A stretch of 62,809 nt of DNA, the filler included, from Chiloscyllium plagiosum (lineage: Eukaryota): NCBI RefSeq assembly GCF_004010195.1. It is 5 parts of one record of this genome, joined end to end, with 100 filler letters (N's around TTAATTAATTAA, not from the genome) between each part and the next. Parts side by side here need not be neighbours in the genome. Positions count along the whole stretch, not along the records: positions 1 to 11,145 come from NC_057710.1; positions 11,246 to 33,682 come from NC_057710.1; 3 more parts are not named here. One strand, 5' to 3'. Each line of letters begins with the position of its first letter. Within the stretch, counting starts at the first letter, position 1. Below are positions 1-13,424 of the stretch, in pieces. Under the pieces are notes generated by a model. That model saw only the letters and a program-made list of their open reading frames with translations, was not told the DNA's origin and did no database searches. Position numbers and translations under genes: made by a program.

Positions 1-522
1 CCAGCATGAGCAAAACCAATGTAGTGTACAAAATCCCATGCAAGGACTGCACAAAACACTACATAGGACAAACAGGAAGACAGCTAACGATCCGCATCCA
101 TGAGCACCAACTAGCCACGAAACGACATGACCAGCTATCCTTAGTAGTCACACACGCAGATGATAAGTAACATGAATTCGACTGGGACAACACTACTATT
201 ATAGGACAAGCCAAACAGAGAACAGCCAGGGAATTCCTAGACGTATGTGGCACTCATCCACAGATTCAATCAATAAGCACATCGACCTAGACCCAATATA
301 CCGACCACTGCAACGGACAGCTGGAACTGACAACCGGAAGCGGCAGATTCAAACCACTACAAATGCTGGAGGAAAGATCACAGATACGCTTCACAGGAGG
401 CTCCCAAGCACTGAGGATGTCACCTAGACAGGGGACGAAACGTCTGCAACACAAATTCCCAGCTCGGCGAACAGAATCACAACAACGAACACCTGAGCTA
501 CAAATCTTCTCACAAACTTTGA
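1..522 (+). mobile_element. Penelope-like element 3' part: GIY-YIG endonuclease remnant plus pLTR
   Basis: Frame 3 reads SMSKTNVVYKIPCKDCTKHYIGQTGRQLTIRIHEHQ (VVY...YIG GIY-YIG signature). It has an internal stop and a frameshift, and is followed by a hammerhead-bearing terminus. Confidence 0.9.
408..447 (+). ncRNA. Minimal type-I hammerhead ribozyme motif
   Basis: gca-CTGAGGA-t-GTCaCCT(agac)AGGgGAC-GAAACGTC-tgc: catalytic core, stem II, self-complementary ACGT, 3-bp stem I and a GUC cleavage triplet at 442-444. Confidence 0.75.
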
Positions 523-689
523 TATGTTAAGCTGCTATCTCTGTGTAGACATATGCATCCACTAAAAGCATAGATTATAGTATGAGAAACACAAGCCACT
601 ATAGTTATCAGAACATAGTTGATAGCTTAAAACTAAAATCCTGGTGCAGTTTTTGTTATGCATTAGCAGTAAATAAAGCTGTAATGGGG

Positions 690-2480
690 ATTTGTTTCTG
701 GAATGTAAGCTGGAGATGACCTGTGGCTTGGAAAAGGCTGGAAACTGGGATTCCGACGTTTTGAAGATTTGTTATCACCATTTTGTGGTGGATTGATGCC
801 AGAAATTAAAATTCAGCTGCAGCAGCTTTTGGGTTTTTGGCATGTGTGTAGAGATCTGGTTTAAGTGATAGCATATCTGTTAGCCTGGTAATGAGCTTGT
901 AGAGATCTGGCACCGCAGACACAGCCCTGTTGTGTTTCAGATGATATATGGATTGGCCAACTTCATCGAGTGCAGTGATTGTAATGATTTTGATGGGTAG
1001 TGATGTTGCTAACAGTAACATGCAGAATTAGCCTCTTTCAGGGATGCTTCCTCTTCTATTGACTCACCCAGCTACCTGTTTTCCCTGGTGTACCTCTAAT
1101 TTGATTCCTTTCGAACAGAAGCCAGTATCTATAACTAATGAATGTTTGGTACGTTATCAAGAAGGAAACTGGAGCACATAAATACAGTCCAACATTACTG
1201 ACAGAGTTATTTAGATTTTTTTTAAATACATAATAGACTTTGTTGCCCAATTCTGTTACTGTATCCCTGGGCTGATTCACTTTATACCCAAATGTAGCCT
1301 AAAGAGTGAAAAACACTGCAGAGAAAATAAACAAATGTCAATTTTTAAAGGCAGAAAGATATTCACAGATTCCAGAAATCTGAAATAAAAACAGAAAATT
1401 CTGGAAGTACTCAGCAGTGCAGACAGCATCTGTAGAGTTAATACTAAAGGTGCAATCTCTTTAAATCCTTCAAGGGGATTCATACTTCAATGCCCTCTGA
1501 AATGGCTTAGGAAGTCACTCACATCAAAGGCAATGAGAGGTGATCAACAAATGATGCCAACAATGCCCAGATCCCATGAAAGAATAAATCAAAGTGAATT
1601 TTAGAGATGGGTTCACACCTACAATGTTTTATAAAGATTCTCTATGCTTGCTGACTGCTGAATATTTCCAGCATTTTCTGTTCTTGTTATCATTTTTAAG
1701 GACATACAGTAGGTCACCGAGATAGCTAAGAGTAACTATGCTCAGGACAACTTTTCTGAGAGCTGCTGTGTATACTTGCTATGATAAGATAAACATCCAT
1801 TTATCAAGAAGTATTACTGTTGACACACACCAAGATTCACAGAAAAACCCTGGATGCAATATCTAATTGGATGGCCTGGAAATATTCCATGAGCAAGCAG
1901 CCAGCAGACTGTTACAATATATTGTTAGAGCTTCTTGTCTAACATGCTTTCCATGCAGTTTGACAAATGAAGTAGTAGCGATGCTAATCTGTAATTTCAA
2001 TCTCCGACTTTGATCTCTGCTTGAAAAGAAGCATAATCTTTATTGCCCAATCACCTTTAACAGCTTTGGTTTCAGAGACAATTTAAACAGATAAGCAATT
2101 GCAGCTGCTTCTTCTTTAGACAGCCATCCTTGCATACCTCTGAAATCAGGAGAGTTTGTCAGATTACATTGTTGAAGGATCGACCACTCTCTTAAATGGT
2201 TCTAATTTAGACTCAAGGACTGGGATCTTTAGCATTGAATCTAATCTAATTTTTTTATTATGTAGCAGTGTTGAGAAGTCCACACTACAAACATCCACTG
2301 AATCCAGACGTTGGCCACATTGCTGCATTACAAGTATTTCCAGTGTTCTTTTTATCATTGATAAATGCTGGATATAGGACTTTTGGGTGAAGCAGTTACT
2401 AACTGTGAAGGAATTGTTTTGTCACTGTGGTGGAAGATAATTATGACTTTGGGCAAACTGGTTTAAGATTTGTTGCCAAC
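690..2480 (-). mobile_element. Highly decayed non-LTR retrotransposon ORF2 remnants (RTE-like), interrupted by other repeats
   Basis: ITITALDEVGQSIYHLKHNRAVSAVPDLYK resembles the pre-RT segment, and ASIHHKNGD resembles the IxPIxKKGD motif. 2164-2460 resembles the end of an APE endonuclease. Many stop codons. Confidence 0.4.
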
Positions 2481-3707
2481 TGTTCTCTCTGGGTGATTTT
2501 CCTTTCCACTGAAAGTTACCTCCATCGATTATTTTTTCTAGTTGCTAATCTCTCCGAGGAGAAATATATTGCGGTGTTCCATATGTGATAAAGTGGTTCC
2601 TGCAGAAGCAAAACTCTACACATAAAGTGTTGGGCAAACAACAATACTGGGATCAAGGCCATAATGGAATAAGTGTAAGACTAAATTCTCAATCTGTGTT
2701 TGAGGGAACATTGTATGTGCTGGATATTAGTGTGTCAAATTCTCAATGCTCCCTGTATTTCTGATGATAGGGAAATTGCTAATGTGATGAATTAGATACG
2801 CTGCCTTCCATCCCAAATTCTATGATCTGTGCTTCCATCGAGCAAGGCCGTGGGTCTTTAACTTCTCAGAATTCATCCTGAATTGTATTCACTATGTCTT
2901 AATAGATTGCCTTCTAAATAATCATAATAGGCATTACTGCAAGGATATATATACTTTGCAGCAGGAATAGACTTGCTCAAAAATTTAAAATGTTTGCCAT
3001 TGAGCAAGCCCTTCACAGTCTAAACTTTTTGTTTAGCACTTTTAGAGCGAGAGATAAATGTTTGGGTGTCATAGCATTCTGCTAAGGGACAGTGTTAATT
3101 TAACACAATCGGTTTTGAATTAAATTGTGTTAGGACAGATTACTATTTAGCGCTGCAGTAAAGTGATGGTCAATCCTCCCTTCTAATGTTAACTCTGGAG
3201 CTGGAACTGGAGTTTCGGGAAGGAGACCTGCTGTTCCTACCCGATCTCCAATCTGGCTGACATATCTCTCCACACCCACAAGAATGTCATTTACTATTGA
3301 TTGCTTATTTAAAAGGTCACTGAGCCACTCAGTTGCATCAAGTCACTACAAGGAATTCCAATTAGAATAAAACTAAGGAGGCATCAGAATATCACAAGGG
3401 CACAAGCAGCACAATCCTCCTAACAAACACCTGGTGACTTATGCCAAAATTGAAAGACATATCAGACAAATAAAACAACTTGATATGGTCATACTCATAG
3501 AATAATATTGCACAGCAAATTCCAGAGACTCTTACGCTATCATGTTATCATTCCATGGTATGTTCTGTCTCACTAGTAAGGCAGACTCAGCAGAGTTGGC
3601 TGCATGGAACTACAGAACTATTTTAATGCAGAAGGAGACCATTTGACTGACATTGTCTACTCTAGTTGTATGCAGTCAGGAGTTAATAGCCCTAGAACCA
3701 CGCAACA

Positions 3708-3992
3708 GGGGCAGCACAGTGGTTAGCACTGTTGTCTCACAGCGCCAGAGACCTGGGTTCAATTCCCGCCTTGGGCAACTGTCTGTGTGGAGTTTGTACA
3801 TTCTCCCTGTGTCAGCGTGGGTTTCCTCTGGGTGCTCCGATTTCCTCCCACAGTCACAAATATGTGCAGGTTAGGTGAATTGGCCATGTTAAATTGCCCA
3901 AATGTTAGGTGCAGGGGAATGGGTCGCTCTTCAGAGGGTCGGTGTGGGCTTTTTGGGCCAAAGGGCCTGTTTCACACTGTAAGTAATCTAAT
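3708..3992 (+). mobile_element. HE1-type tRNA-derived V-SINE
   Basis: tRNA-like head (gtggttagcact...gggttcaattccc), V-domain gtgtggagtttg..ttctccc and CR1-like tail gggcc..aagggcctgttt..taatcta. Confidence 0.85.
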
Positions 3993-4119
3993 TAAGTCAG
4001 ACACAATGAAGTCTCGTAACATCAGGTCAAATGTGTGTAAGGCATCCATGAGACGTTGTGGGTCACTGGCAGCAGCAGAATTGTACTTCAGCATGATCTG
4101 TAACCTCATGGCTTTTTTT

Positions 4120-4357
4120 TAGATTAGATTAGATTACAGTGTGGAAACAGGCCCTTCGGCCCAACAAGTCCACACCGACCCGCCGAAGCGAAACCCACCC
4201 ATACCCCTACATTTACCCCTTACCTAACACTACGGGCAATTTAGCATAGCCAATTCACCTGACCCTGCACATCTTTGGACTGTGGAAGGAAACCGGAGCA
4301 CCCGGAGGAAACCCATGCAGACACGGGGAGAACGTGCAAACTCCACACAGTCAGTCG
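4120..4357 (-). mobile_element. HE1-type V-SINE, 5'-truncated
   Basis: (tagat)n tail and high identity to the copy at 30034-30349. Confidence 0.9.
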
Positions 4358-5399
4358 ATCTGGCTGGCATATTCCCCAGTCAACCACTATCATCAAACAA
4401 GGGGATCAACCCTTATTTAATGCAGAGTGTGGGAGGGCATGCCAGGACCAGGACCAGTACTAGGCATACCTAAAAACAAGATGTCACTCTAGAATAGCTA
4501 CCAAACAGGACTACTTGCACTCTAAACGATATAATAGCAAGTGATGGGCTGAGCTAAGCGATCCCACAGCAAATGGATCATACCAAGCTCTGCAGTCCTG
4601 CCACATCCAGTTGTGAATCGTGGTGGAAAATTAAACAAATCACTGGAAGAGAAGAATCCACAAATATTCCCATCCTCAATATTGGCAGAACCCAGAACAT
4701 CAGTACAAAGGATAAGAACTGATAAGTGGATGATCCATCATGGACTGCTCCAGTGGTACCCAGCATTACAGATATTCAATTTACTCCACATGAAATCAAG
4801 AAATTGTTGGAGAAGATATAGGCCCTGACAAATTCCAGCAATAGTACTGAAGATTGTGCTCCAGAACTTACCACACCCTAACCCAAGCTCTTCCTATACA
4901 GTTGCAACACTGGCATCTACCCAACAATTGCCCAGGTATTTGTTGGACACAAAAGGGTGGTATTCAACAAATTCAACCCAGTCAATTATTGCCACATCAG
5001 TCTACTCTTGATCATCAGTAAAGTGATGGAAGGGGTCACCAACAGTCCTATCAAGCAGCTCAGCAATAACCTGCTCAGTGACGCCCAGTTTGGGTTCCAC
5101 CAGGGCCATTCATCTCCTGAGCTCATTACAGTCTTCATTCAAACATGGACAAAAGAGCTAAATTCCAGAGGTGAGGTGAGAGTTATAGCCCTTGACATCA
5201 AGGTTGCATTCAACTTAGTATGGTTTCAAAGAACCCTTGCAAAACTGGAATCAATGAGTATCAGGGGGCAAACTCTCCACTGGTTGGAGTCATACCTGGC
5301 ATATAGGAAAATGGTCGTGATTGTTGGAGGTCAGTAATCTCAGCTCCAGGACATCTCTGCAGTACCTCAGCATAGTGTTCTAGGCCTAACCAGTGAGTC

Positions 5400-6325
5400 T
5401 CAAATCAGTACTAGAGAAATTATTGCAAAATATTTTGGAAGGACAGAATTTATTTCCCCTTGGAGAGGCAAGTTTTGATCAGGAAAGGTCAGCATGGTTT
5501 TGTTAGAGGGAGGTCAAGCCTTACAAATGTGATAAAATGTTTTTAGACAACTCCAGCATGTTCAGTCTATCCTCACAAAATTACCCATTCATTCCAGGTA
5601 GCAATGTAGTAAACTTCCTCCGAAATGTATTTTTACAGCTTTTTACAATATATATTAATGATATAGAAGATGGTATTAATAGTAACATTAGCAAATTTGC
5701 TGATGATACAAAGCTGGGTGGCAGGGTGAAATGTGAGGAGGATGTTAGGAGATTACAGGGTGACCTGGACAGGTTAGGTGAGTGGACAGATGCATGGCAC
5801 TTTGGTGGCAAGAACAGGAAGGCAGATTACTATCAAAATGGAGTTAAGTTAGGTAAAGGGGCGGTACAGAGAGATCTGGGTGTTCTTGTACACCAGTCAA
5901 TGAAGGCAAGCATGCAGGTACAGCAGGTAGTGAAGAAGGCTAATAGCATGCTGGCCTTCATAACAAGAGGAATTGAGTGGAGAAGCAATGAGGTGCTTCT
6001 GCAGCTGTACAGGGCACTGGTGAGACCACACCTGGANNNNNNNNNNNNNNNNNNNNNNNNNNNNNNNNNNNNNNNNNNNNNNNNNNNNNNNNNNNNNNNN
6101 NNNNNNNNNNNNNNNNNNTGTGTGGAATGCTCTTCCCCAGAGGGCAGTGGAGGCCCAGTCTCTGGATTCATTTAAGATGGAGCTCTCAAGGATAGTGGAA
6201 TCAAGGGTTATGGAGATAAGGCAGGAACAGGATACTGATTGAGGATGATCAGCCATGATCATAATGAATGGTGGTGCAGGCTCGAAGGGCAGATTGGCCT
6301 ACTTCTGCACCTATTGTCTATTGTA
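5400..6325 (+). mobile_element. CR1/HER1-type LINE RT fragments and 3' end
   Basis: [44 protein letters not shown] motifs, ending in a ctattgt tail. Contains an N gap. Confidence 0.9.
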
Positions 6326-6329
6326 TCTA

Positions 6330-6790
6330 ATCAATTTATATCCTTTTTTAAATAAGGAAATTAAAACTAGACATAACACTCGATGTGTGGTCTCACCAGT
6401 ACCTTGGTATAACTGAATATTTATTTATGTTTTCAATTTCTCACATAATAAACAAAAACACCCCACTAGCCATCTTGATTTTGCATTGTCCCTGCATATT
6501 AGCTTTTTGTGATTCATGCATTAGAACATCTAAACCCTTTTCACCTCAGAATTCTATAGTCCTTCTCAACTGAGGTAATGTTCTGGATTTTTAAACTTCC
6601 TGCCAAAGTCAACAACTTCATATTTTCTCATAGTGTATTCTACCTGCCACAATTTTGACCACTCACCAAACCTATTCGTATCTTCTGGCAGCCTCCTTAT
6701 ATTTTATTTGCAACATATTCTGCTAACTATCTTGGCATCATCTGACAATTTAGCTGCCTAACTCTATATCTGGATATTGGTCTGTTAAAC
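6330..6790 (-). mobile_element. Old CR1 RT fragment
   Basis: Reverse-complement similarity to other CR1 RT C-terminal copies in the window. Confidence 0.6.
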
Positions 6791-7089
6791 ATTAGCCATT
6801 TTATCTAAGGTCTTAGAATAAAGTGTATCAGGAACTGAAAAGTTGTCAGCCCCCAGCTCCATCAGTTTGCTTAGTATCGCTTCCCTAGTGATTGTAATTT
6901 CATTAAGTCCCAATAGACCACTGGGCTGGTACCCCCACTGTTTCCAATATAAAGTTATGACTTAGATGAGTGGAGCAAAGGCATAGTAGGTACATTTGAA
7001 GATGACATAAAGATAGGTAGGGAAGTATGTTGTGGCGAGGACATCATGATGTTCCAAAATGATACAGATAGCATGGCTGAGTAGGTAAA

Positions 7090-7451
7090 TGCAAGGTTGA
7101 GGTTTAGGGTGTAAGTTTGCTCACTGAGCTGTAAGTTTGATATCCAGACGTTTCGTTACTTGGCTGGGTAACATCATCAGCGGCGACCTCCAAGTGAAGC
7201 GAAGCTGTTGTCTTCTGCTTTCTATTTATATCTTTCTCCTGGACGGGGTTCCTGGGGTTTGTGGTGATGTCATTTCCTGTTCCTGAACAGGAAATGACAT
7301 CACCACAAACCCCAGGAACCCCGTCCAGGAGAAAGATATAAATAGAAAGCAGAAGACAACAGCTTCGCTTCACTTGGAGGTCGCCGCTGATGATGTTACC
7401 CAGCCAGGTAACGAAACGTCTGGATATCAAACTTACAGCTCAGTGAGCAAA
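7090..7451. mobile_element. Fold-back PLE pLTR insertion within a CR1 RT fragment
   Basis: Palindrome 7116-7451 (167-bp arms, 2-nt loop, 1 mismatch). TSD tgagtaggtaaa 7078-7089 / tgagtaagtaaa 7452-7463. Confidence 0.9.
7384..7423 (+). ncRNA. Minimal hammerhead ribozyme motif (mirror copy at 7144-7183, minus strand)
   Basis: ccg-CTGATGA-t-GTTACC(cagcca)GGTAAC-GAAACGTC-tgg. Confidence 0.8.
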
Positions 7452-7474
7452 TGAGTAAGTAAAAATCTGACAAA

Positions 7475-7990
7475 TAGAAAATAGAAACATAAAAGCATGC
7501 AAAGTAAGAACAGGAATAGGCCATGTGACCCCTTGAGTCTGCTCCACCATTCACTATGATCATGGCTGATTTTTCAATTCAGCACCCTGCTCCCACTTTC
7601 TCCCAATAGCCTTTGATCTTTTAGTGCTAAGAGCTATATTTAAACTCTGCTTGAAATTAATCAATGTTTTGGTATTAGAGACCTCTTCTCATCCCAGTGT
7701 GAAATGGCCTACCTTATATGCTCAGACTGTGATCCTTGGCTCTGGACTGCCCAGTCATTGGGAACATCCTGCATTTACCTGCCTAGTGCTGTTAGAGTTT
7801 TATTGAGAATCCCCCACACTCTTCTAATCTTCCGTGAATATAGTCTGAACTGATCAAATCTCACTTCATACGTGAGTCCAAGAATCAGCCTGGTAAATCT
7901 TCATTGCATACTCTCTAAAGTCATAATGTCCTTCCTCAGAAAAAAAGACCAAAACTGCACACAATACTCCAAGTGTGGTCCCACTAAAGC
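7475..7990 (-). mobile_element. CR1 LINE 3' end
   Basis: Reverse complement of the CR1 3' UTR and RT C-terminus seen elsewhere in the window. Confidence 0.7.
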
Positions 7991-7994
7991 CCCA

Positions 7995-8462
7995 GACCAA
8001 TAGGTCCTCGTCCATCGCCAAACCCTAACCACCAGACACCTGGAGGAAGAACGCCTCATCTTCCGCCTTGGGACCCTTCAACCACACAGTATCAATGTAG
8101 ATCTCACCGGGTTACCCATTTCCCCTCCTCCCACCTATCCCAGTCCCAACCTTCTAACTTGGCACCACCTTCTTGAACGGTCCTACCTGTCCACCTTCCT
8201 TCCCATCTATCTGCTCCACCCTCCTCTCTGACCTATCACTTTCACCCCACCTTCATCTACCTATTGCATTCCCAGCTACCTTGTCCCCATCCCCATCCCC
8301 ATCCCATTTATCCCTTAGCCCACAACCCTCATTCCTGATGAAGGGATTATGCCTGAAACATTGACTCTCCCGGTCCTCAGACACTGCCTGATCGGCTGTG
8401 CTTTTCCAGCACCACACTTTTCGACTCTGTTGTCCAGCATCTGCAGTCCTCACTTTTTCCTT
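7995..8462 (+). mobile_element. PLE GIY-YIG C-terminus plus pLTR with degenerate hammerhead
   Basis: Reads RHLEEERLIFRLGTLQPHSINVD, then a C-rich UTR and attcCTGATGAagggattatgcctGAAAc near 8331-8360. Confidence 0.8.
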
Positions 8463-10387
8463 AGACAATTATGTCTAGGTAAAACATCCCTATTCCTGTA
8501 TTTGAATCCTCTCATGATAAAGGCCAACACCTCATTTGCCTTCTTCACTGCCTGCTGCACCTACATGTTAATGTAAACGATGTGGGGCAATGAGAGGTTA
8601 TTCACTTTGGTGAGAAGAACAAAAAAAAGGGCATTAATCAAACAGAGACCAACAATAGTCCCGAGGTACAGAGAAATTTATGCGTGAGTCACAAAAATAT
8701 CAAATGCAGGTATCTCAGGAAATTAAGGGCAATGCAATGTTTTAGAAGAGTGAGGGATGATTTGATTCAAATGTATAAAATCTTGAACGAAGTGGGCAAA
8801 ATGGATGTGGAAATGTTCTCTATACTTGTGGGGGAGTCCAGAACTGGGGAGTTGGGGGAAACAGGGGGTACTGTTCAAATATTAAGGGTCACTCTTCTCG
8901 TACAGAGATGAGGAGAATTTCTTTTTCTCTCTGAGTTTTTGATTTTGGACCACTCTGTCTGAGAAGATAGTGAAAGTGGGATAATTTAATAATTTTAAGG
9001 TGAAAAGTAAAAAGTTTCTTGTCAGGAAAGGGAATCAAAGGTCATTGGGCGTAGTTGGGAATATGGAATACAGGCACAAAGAGATCTGTCATGATCTTTT
9101 TTAATGGCAGAGCAAACAGAACCAAATGGCCTATTTAAGTTCCTAATTCATATTTTGTTTGCATGTGTATTGTCAATGGTACACTGCAGCCAATGTGCAT
9201 CAGAGGGTTGGAAGGACGAAGGGTCTGTTCCTGTGCTGTAATTTTCTTTGTTCTTTGAGGTGAACCAAGTGAATGTTGAAAATGCTGGGGTGTAAATCAA
9301 ATAGGCTGTGTACTTCTTGTACACCTTTGTAATGCCCAGGCTAATGGTGTTGTCGAGATGATGTTCGATGTGGGTCATGGTGGGTAAGGACAGATGTCAC
9401 CTTTCTTATAAACTGGCATGACAGGGCTATATTTTACAGCTAAGGATATTTAATCTGCAGCAATACTAAATTAGAACAAGCATCTAATGTACAGCTGGTA
9501 AATTGTCTTGTGCAAGAATTTCGGAAAACAATAAATTTATCAAAGGCTTGACTGAAGATGCAAGGCACTAACAAACATAATTGAAATACTCCATTGATTA
9601 TTCAACCAATACATGTGTATTGGTCATGGGTTACTGACAAAGAAAATTTATATTCCTCATTTTCATTTGTATTCCCTGATCTCCTATTTCCAAAGTCATG
9701 CATAATATAATGATAGTAATTCATTGATTTCACATCATTTAAACTTCAGAATTAAATCATTTATGTTTTACATAAATCTATATATTTAATCATAGCTTCT
9801 AATACAAACAATTCTGTGCATAGTCCTGTGACTTTGTGTGTCAGTATGTGTACGCATGTGTGTCCTTCTGCCTATCACTTAGAAAGAATTAGTCTAATCA
9901 ATTAGAAGAGCTTCCAGTTCTGTAAATATTACCACTTCGCTCCATGAGGTGTGAGTAGATTTTTGATTTCTTACAGTTACTGCATTACTCATGTACAAAC
10001 TGGCACCAGATCAATTTATGGCAACATGTATCTTCATAATACACTATGACAGTCTATTATTCCATATTTGCTCTCTGACGTGCTCATACTAGTGTGGAAA
10101 ATGACTACGTTATCAGACAGAACTTGTAATGAGAAAGAATATCCTCCCAGATATATCTTGACAACTGTTATGCCACAGTATTAGATTTTGAATGAGAATA
10201 TCTTTAAAAAAAAAGTTTTATACTTAACTGACTATCATAGTGTGGTTCCTGTTAAGGACAACATTATCTAGTATTCTGTAGGAACCCAGGTGGAAAAGCA
10301 TTATTTCAAGTAGTATAACTACCGAATGAGCAACATTGATGGAAATGCTACATAATGCACCTACCACATGCTATATCGAACCATACT

Positions 10388-11145
10388 TAGAGTCATAGAG
10401 TCATAGAGATGTACAGCATAGAACCAGACCCTTCGGTCCAACCCGTCATGCCGACCAGATATCCCAACACAATCGGGTCCCACCTGCCAGCACCTGGCCC
10501 ATATCCATTCAAACCCTTCCCATTCATATACCCATCCAAATGCCTCTTAAACGTTGCAATTGTACCAGCCTCCACCACTTCCTCTGGCAGCTCATTCCAT
10601 ACACGTACCACCCACTGCGTGAAAAAGTTGCCCCTTAGGTCTCCCATATATCTTTCCTCACTCACCATAAACCTATGCCCTCTAGTTCTTGACTCCCCAA
10701 CCCCAGGGAAAAGATTTTGCCTATTTACCCTATCCATGCCCCTCATAATTTTGTAAACCTCTATAAGGTCAACCCTCAGCCTCTGACGCTCCAGGGAAAA
10801 CAGCCCCAGCCTATTCAACCTCTCCCTATAGCTCAAATCTTCCAACCCTGGCAACATCTTTGTAAATCTTTTCTGAACCCTTTCAAAGTTTCACATCTTT
10901 CCGATAGGAAGGAGACCAGAATTACACACAATATTCCAACAGTGGCCTAACCAATGTCCTGCACAGCCGCAACATGACCTCCCAACTCCAGTACTCAATA
11001 CTCTGACCAATAAAGGAAAGCATACCAAATGCCTTCTTCACTATCCTATCTACCTGCCACTTCACTTTCAAGGAGCTATGAACCTGCACTCCAAGGTCTC
11101 TTTGTTCAGCAACACTCCCTAGGACCTTACCATTAAGTGTATAAG
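10388..11145 (-). mobile_element. Young CR1/HER1 LINE 3' end
   Basis: ORF 10393-10857 reads MLPGLEDLSYRERL..RGDL-like..RTRGH..FFTQ..WNELP, with a (ctatgact)n tail. Confidence 0.93.
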
Positions 11146-11245
11146 NNNNNNNNNNNNNNNNNNNNNNNNNNNNNNNNNNNNNNNNNNNNTTAATTAATTA
11201 ANNNNNNNNNNNNNNNNNNNNNNNNNNNNNNNNNNNNNNNNNNNN
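11146..11245. other. Artificial scaffold linker N44-TTAATTAATTAA-N44
   Basis: The identical 100-nt construct recurs at 33683-33782, 44653-44752 and 54435-54534. The 12-mer provides stop codons in all six frames. Confidence 0.9.
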
Positions 11246-11373
11246 CCTTTTATCTTAGCCTCCTGGACAAACTTTCCTCATGCTTGAAGAAGGGCTTATG
11301 CCCGAAACGTCGATTCTCCTGTTCCTTGGATGCTGCCTGACCTGCTGCGCTTTTCCAGCAACACATTTTCAGC
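11246..11373 (+). mobile_element. PLE pLTR fragment
   Basis: gaagaagggcttatgcccgaaacgtc...acacattttcagct; the hammerhead core has a C-to-T change. Confidence 0.85.
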
Positions 11374-12654
11374 TTACTTGATATTTAGTTAATTTTACAC
11401 AACACCTTGACTTAATAAACGACTTGAGCTACTTCATCATTAGCTTTTTGTTTGAAATAGCATTGTATTCTAATATAGCAAACACTGAAACAATATGAGA
11501 GAAATTTAAGTTCTCTATTTCAAACCTGCACATTAAGAGTGTACATCATCCTTTTATTCTTCCAGTATTTAAGTCCTCATCTTTCTCTGTTTTATCTTTT
11601 AGTAAGACTACATCTAGTTCCCTCTTTCATCACTTATCACTATCCAATCATTAAGCTCTTATACCAACAATTTGATGGAAACACAAAAAATAGAGCATAA
11701 GAAATAGGAGCAGGAATGGGGCATCTCGCCCATTGAGCCTGCTCTGCTATTCAATAAGATCAGGGCTGATCTCTTTGTGGACTTAGCCCCACTTTCCCAC
11801 CCTCTCACCATAACCCTTAATTTCTCTAGTGTTCAGAAATCTATCAACCTATAGGTGTGATCTCAGGTGAGAACTAGAAGTGGTGATAAATGTACAGGGT
11901 AGATTTAAACTAAAGGATAGATCTAACTGCAGAATTGGAACTAGGAGTAAACATACAGAGAAAAATTGAAGCAAGGAAAGGACTCAAAGGTTTCTATCAG
12001 GTTTTTATTTCTATAACATTTGAGAGGTGCAGAGTTTCAACTCAGTAGATACCATATCAATAGAATCATATTTCCTGATTCGGAAGATTACTCAGTACTG
12101 ATGAAAAATCTCAGAATCTTTACACCCACCAGCGCAGTTCTGCTAGTGGGTGTATACTTATCGATGTCATTAATTTCTTTTGGCCAAGGGCTTAGTTAGG
12201 GAGGTGATTTTTCTGGTACTGTTCAGGGCACCTTGCCCGCTTGTTTTTCAGAAAGTGCCAAATGTACTGATTTAGAACTCTGCCAAGTTAAATCATGCCT
12301 TGAACAGTACAAAAAGAAAAGTTCATCTCACAGTAACATTTTTATACTTTGTATGGTTGGTGCTACGTAGGTGGAGACACTGTTGTTGCATTACATTAAC
12401 TCCTCAATTGTGGGTGGTATGTGACATTCAGAAAATAAACCTCCTAACTTATTTTTTTTAAAGTGTTCTGGGGATGTTGGCCCTGCTGATAAGGTCATAT
12501 TTATTGCCCATCCAACTGCCTTGTAAACTCTGTGTTAGAGATGAGACCTTCCTGTTGATTTCCTGCAATATTTGTAGTGAAACTGCAGCCATAATAGTTT
12601 TTGGATAAGAGATTCCAGGGTATCCAACCAGAATGAGGCAATTGTTTCCCCCTG

Positions 12655-12782
12655 GGAGAAACTGAGGAATGCAGATGCTGGAGATCAGAGTCGAGAATGT
12701 GTTGCTGGGAAAACACAGCAGATCAGGCAGCATTTGAGGAGCATGAGAATCAACATTTCGGGCATAAGCCCTTCATCAGGAT
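12655..12782 (-). mobile_element. PLE pLTR fragment
   Basis: Reverse complement of the pLTR consensus, including cctgatgaagggcttatgcccgaaa. Confidence 0.8.
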
Positions 12783-12959
12783 GGTTTCTTCCACAATGTT
12801 GCTGATTTTGTGATTTTTGTCTTTCTTAGTTCTGGAGATTAATCTATAGATACAAACAGTATGGGGATACAGAACCAAATGAAATGAATGAGAATCAATT
12901 TAATTACTTTGTCTTGTATTGAGTTTTGTAAATTTGAAGCCAATGGGAATCATGAGTTT

Positions 12960-13405
12960 TCCAATGGCTGAAGTCATACTTGGCACACAAGAAATCGTTG
13001 TGGTAATTGGAGATCAAACATGTCAGTTTCAAACAGCACAGTAGTGTGCCAGGGCCAAGAATCTTTAGCTGCTACTTTAATGCCTTTCCCTATGATGATC
13101 AAGATGATCACTGATGATTGTATGATATTCCATACTATTGAATCTCCTCAGATGCTGAAGCAGTCTAGATCCATTTACAGCAGGTTTAGACAACATAAAG
13201 ACTTGGGCTGATTGGTGGCAAATAATGTTTGTATCACACAAGTATCAGGTAAAAGCCAATTCTGACAGAAATGAATTAGGCATGCTCATTGACATTTAAT
13301 GACATTAGCATTATATTATCAGCTTGGGGGTTACCATTAATTAAAAAGTAAACTTGACCAGCCATATAAATAATGTGGCTAAGAGACCAGATAAGAGGCT
13401 GGAAG
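12960..13405 (+). mobile_element. Decayed L2-like LINE RT fragment
   Basis: Resembles the continuation of 5280-5392, with an altered ADD motif (ITDDC) and an LGVTI motif. Confidence 0.55.
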
Positions 13406-13424
13406 TTCACGATTTGATCACTCA

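Larger units (their letters stand above)
3400..5392 (+). mobile_element. L2/CR1-clade LINE ORF2 fragments, interrupted by SINEs
   Basis: ORF 4957-5337 reads NPVNYCHISLL..SKVMEG..SDAQFGF..ALDIKVAF (early RT domains). An endonuclease-like N-terminal remnant lies near 3410-3510. Confidence 0.75.

Noticed and set aside
7116..7451. Classifying the palindromes as DNA-transposon MITEs
   Set aside because: The arms are PLE pLTR sequence of unequal length, and TSD length varies (about 11-18 bp), unlike the fixed-length TSDs of DDE transposons.
9148..9378. ORF with a good Kozak context (ccaccATG, MTHIEHHLDNT...)
   Set aside because: No recognisable homology, and the frame runs into a LINE/SINE tail.
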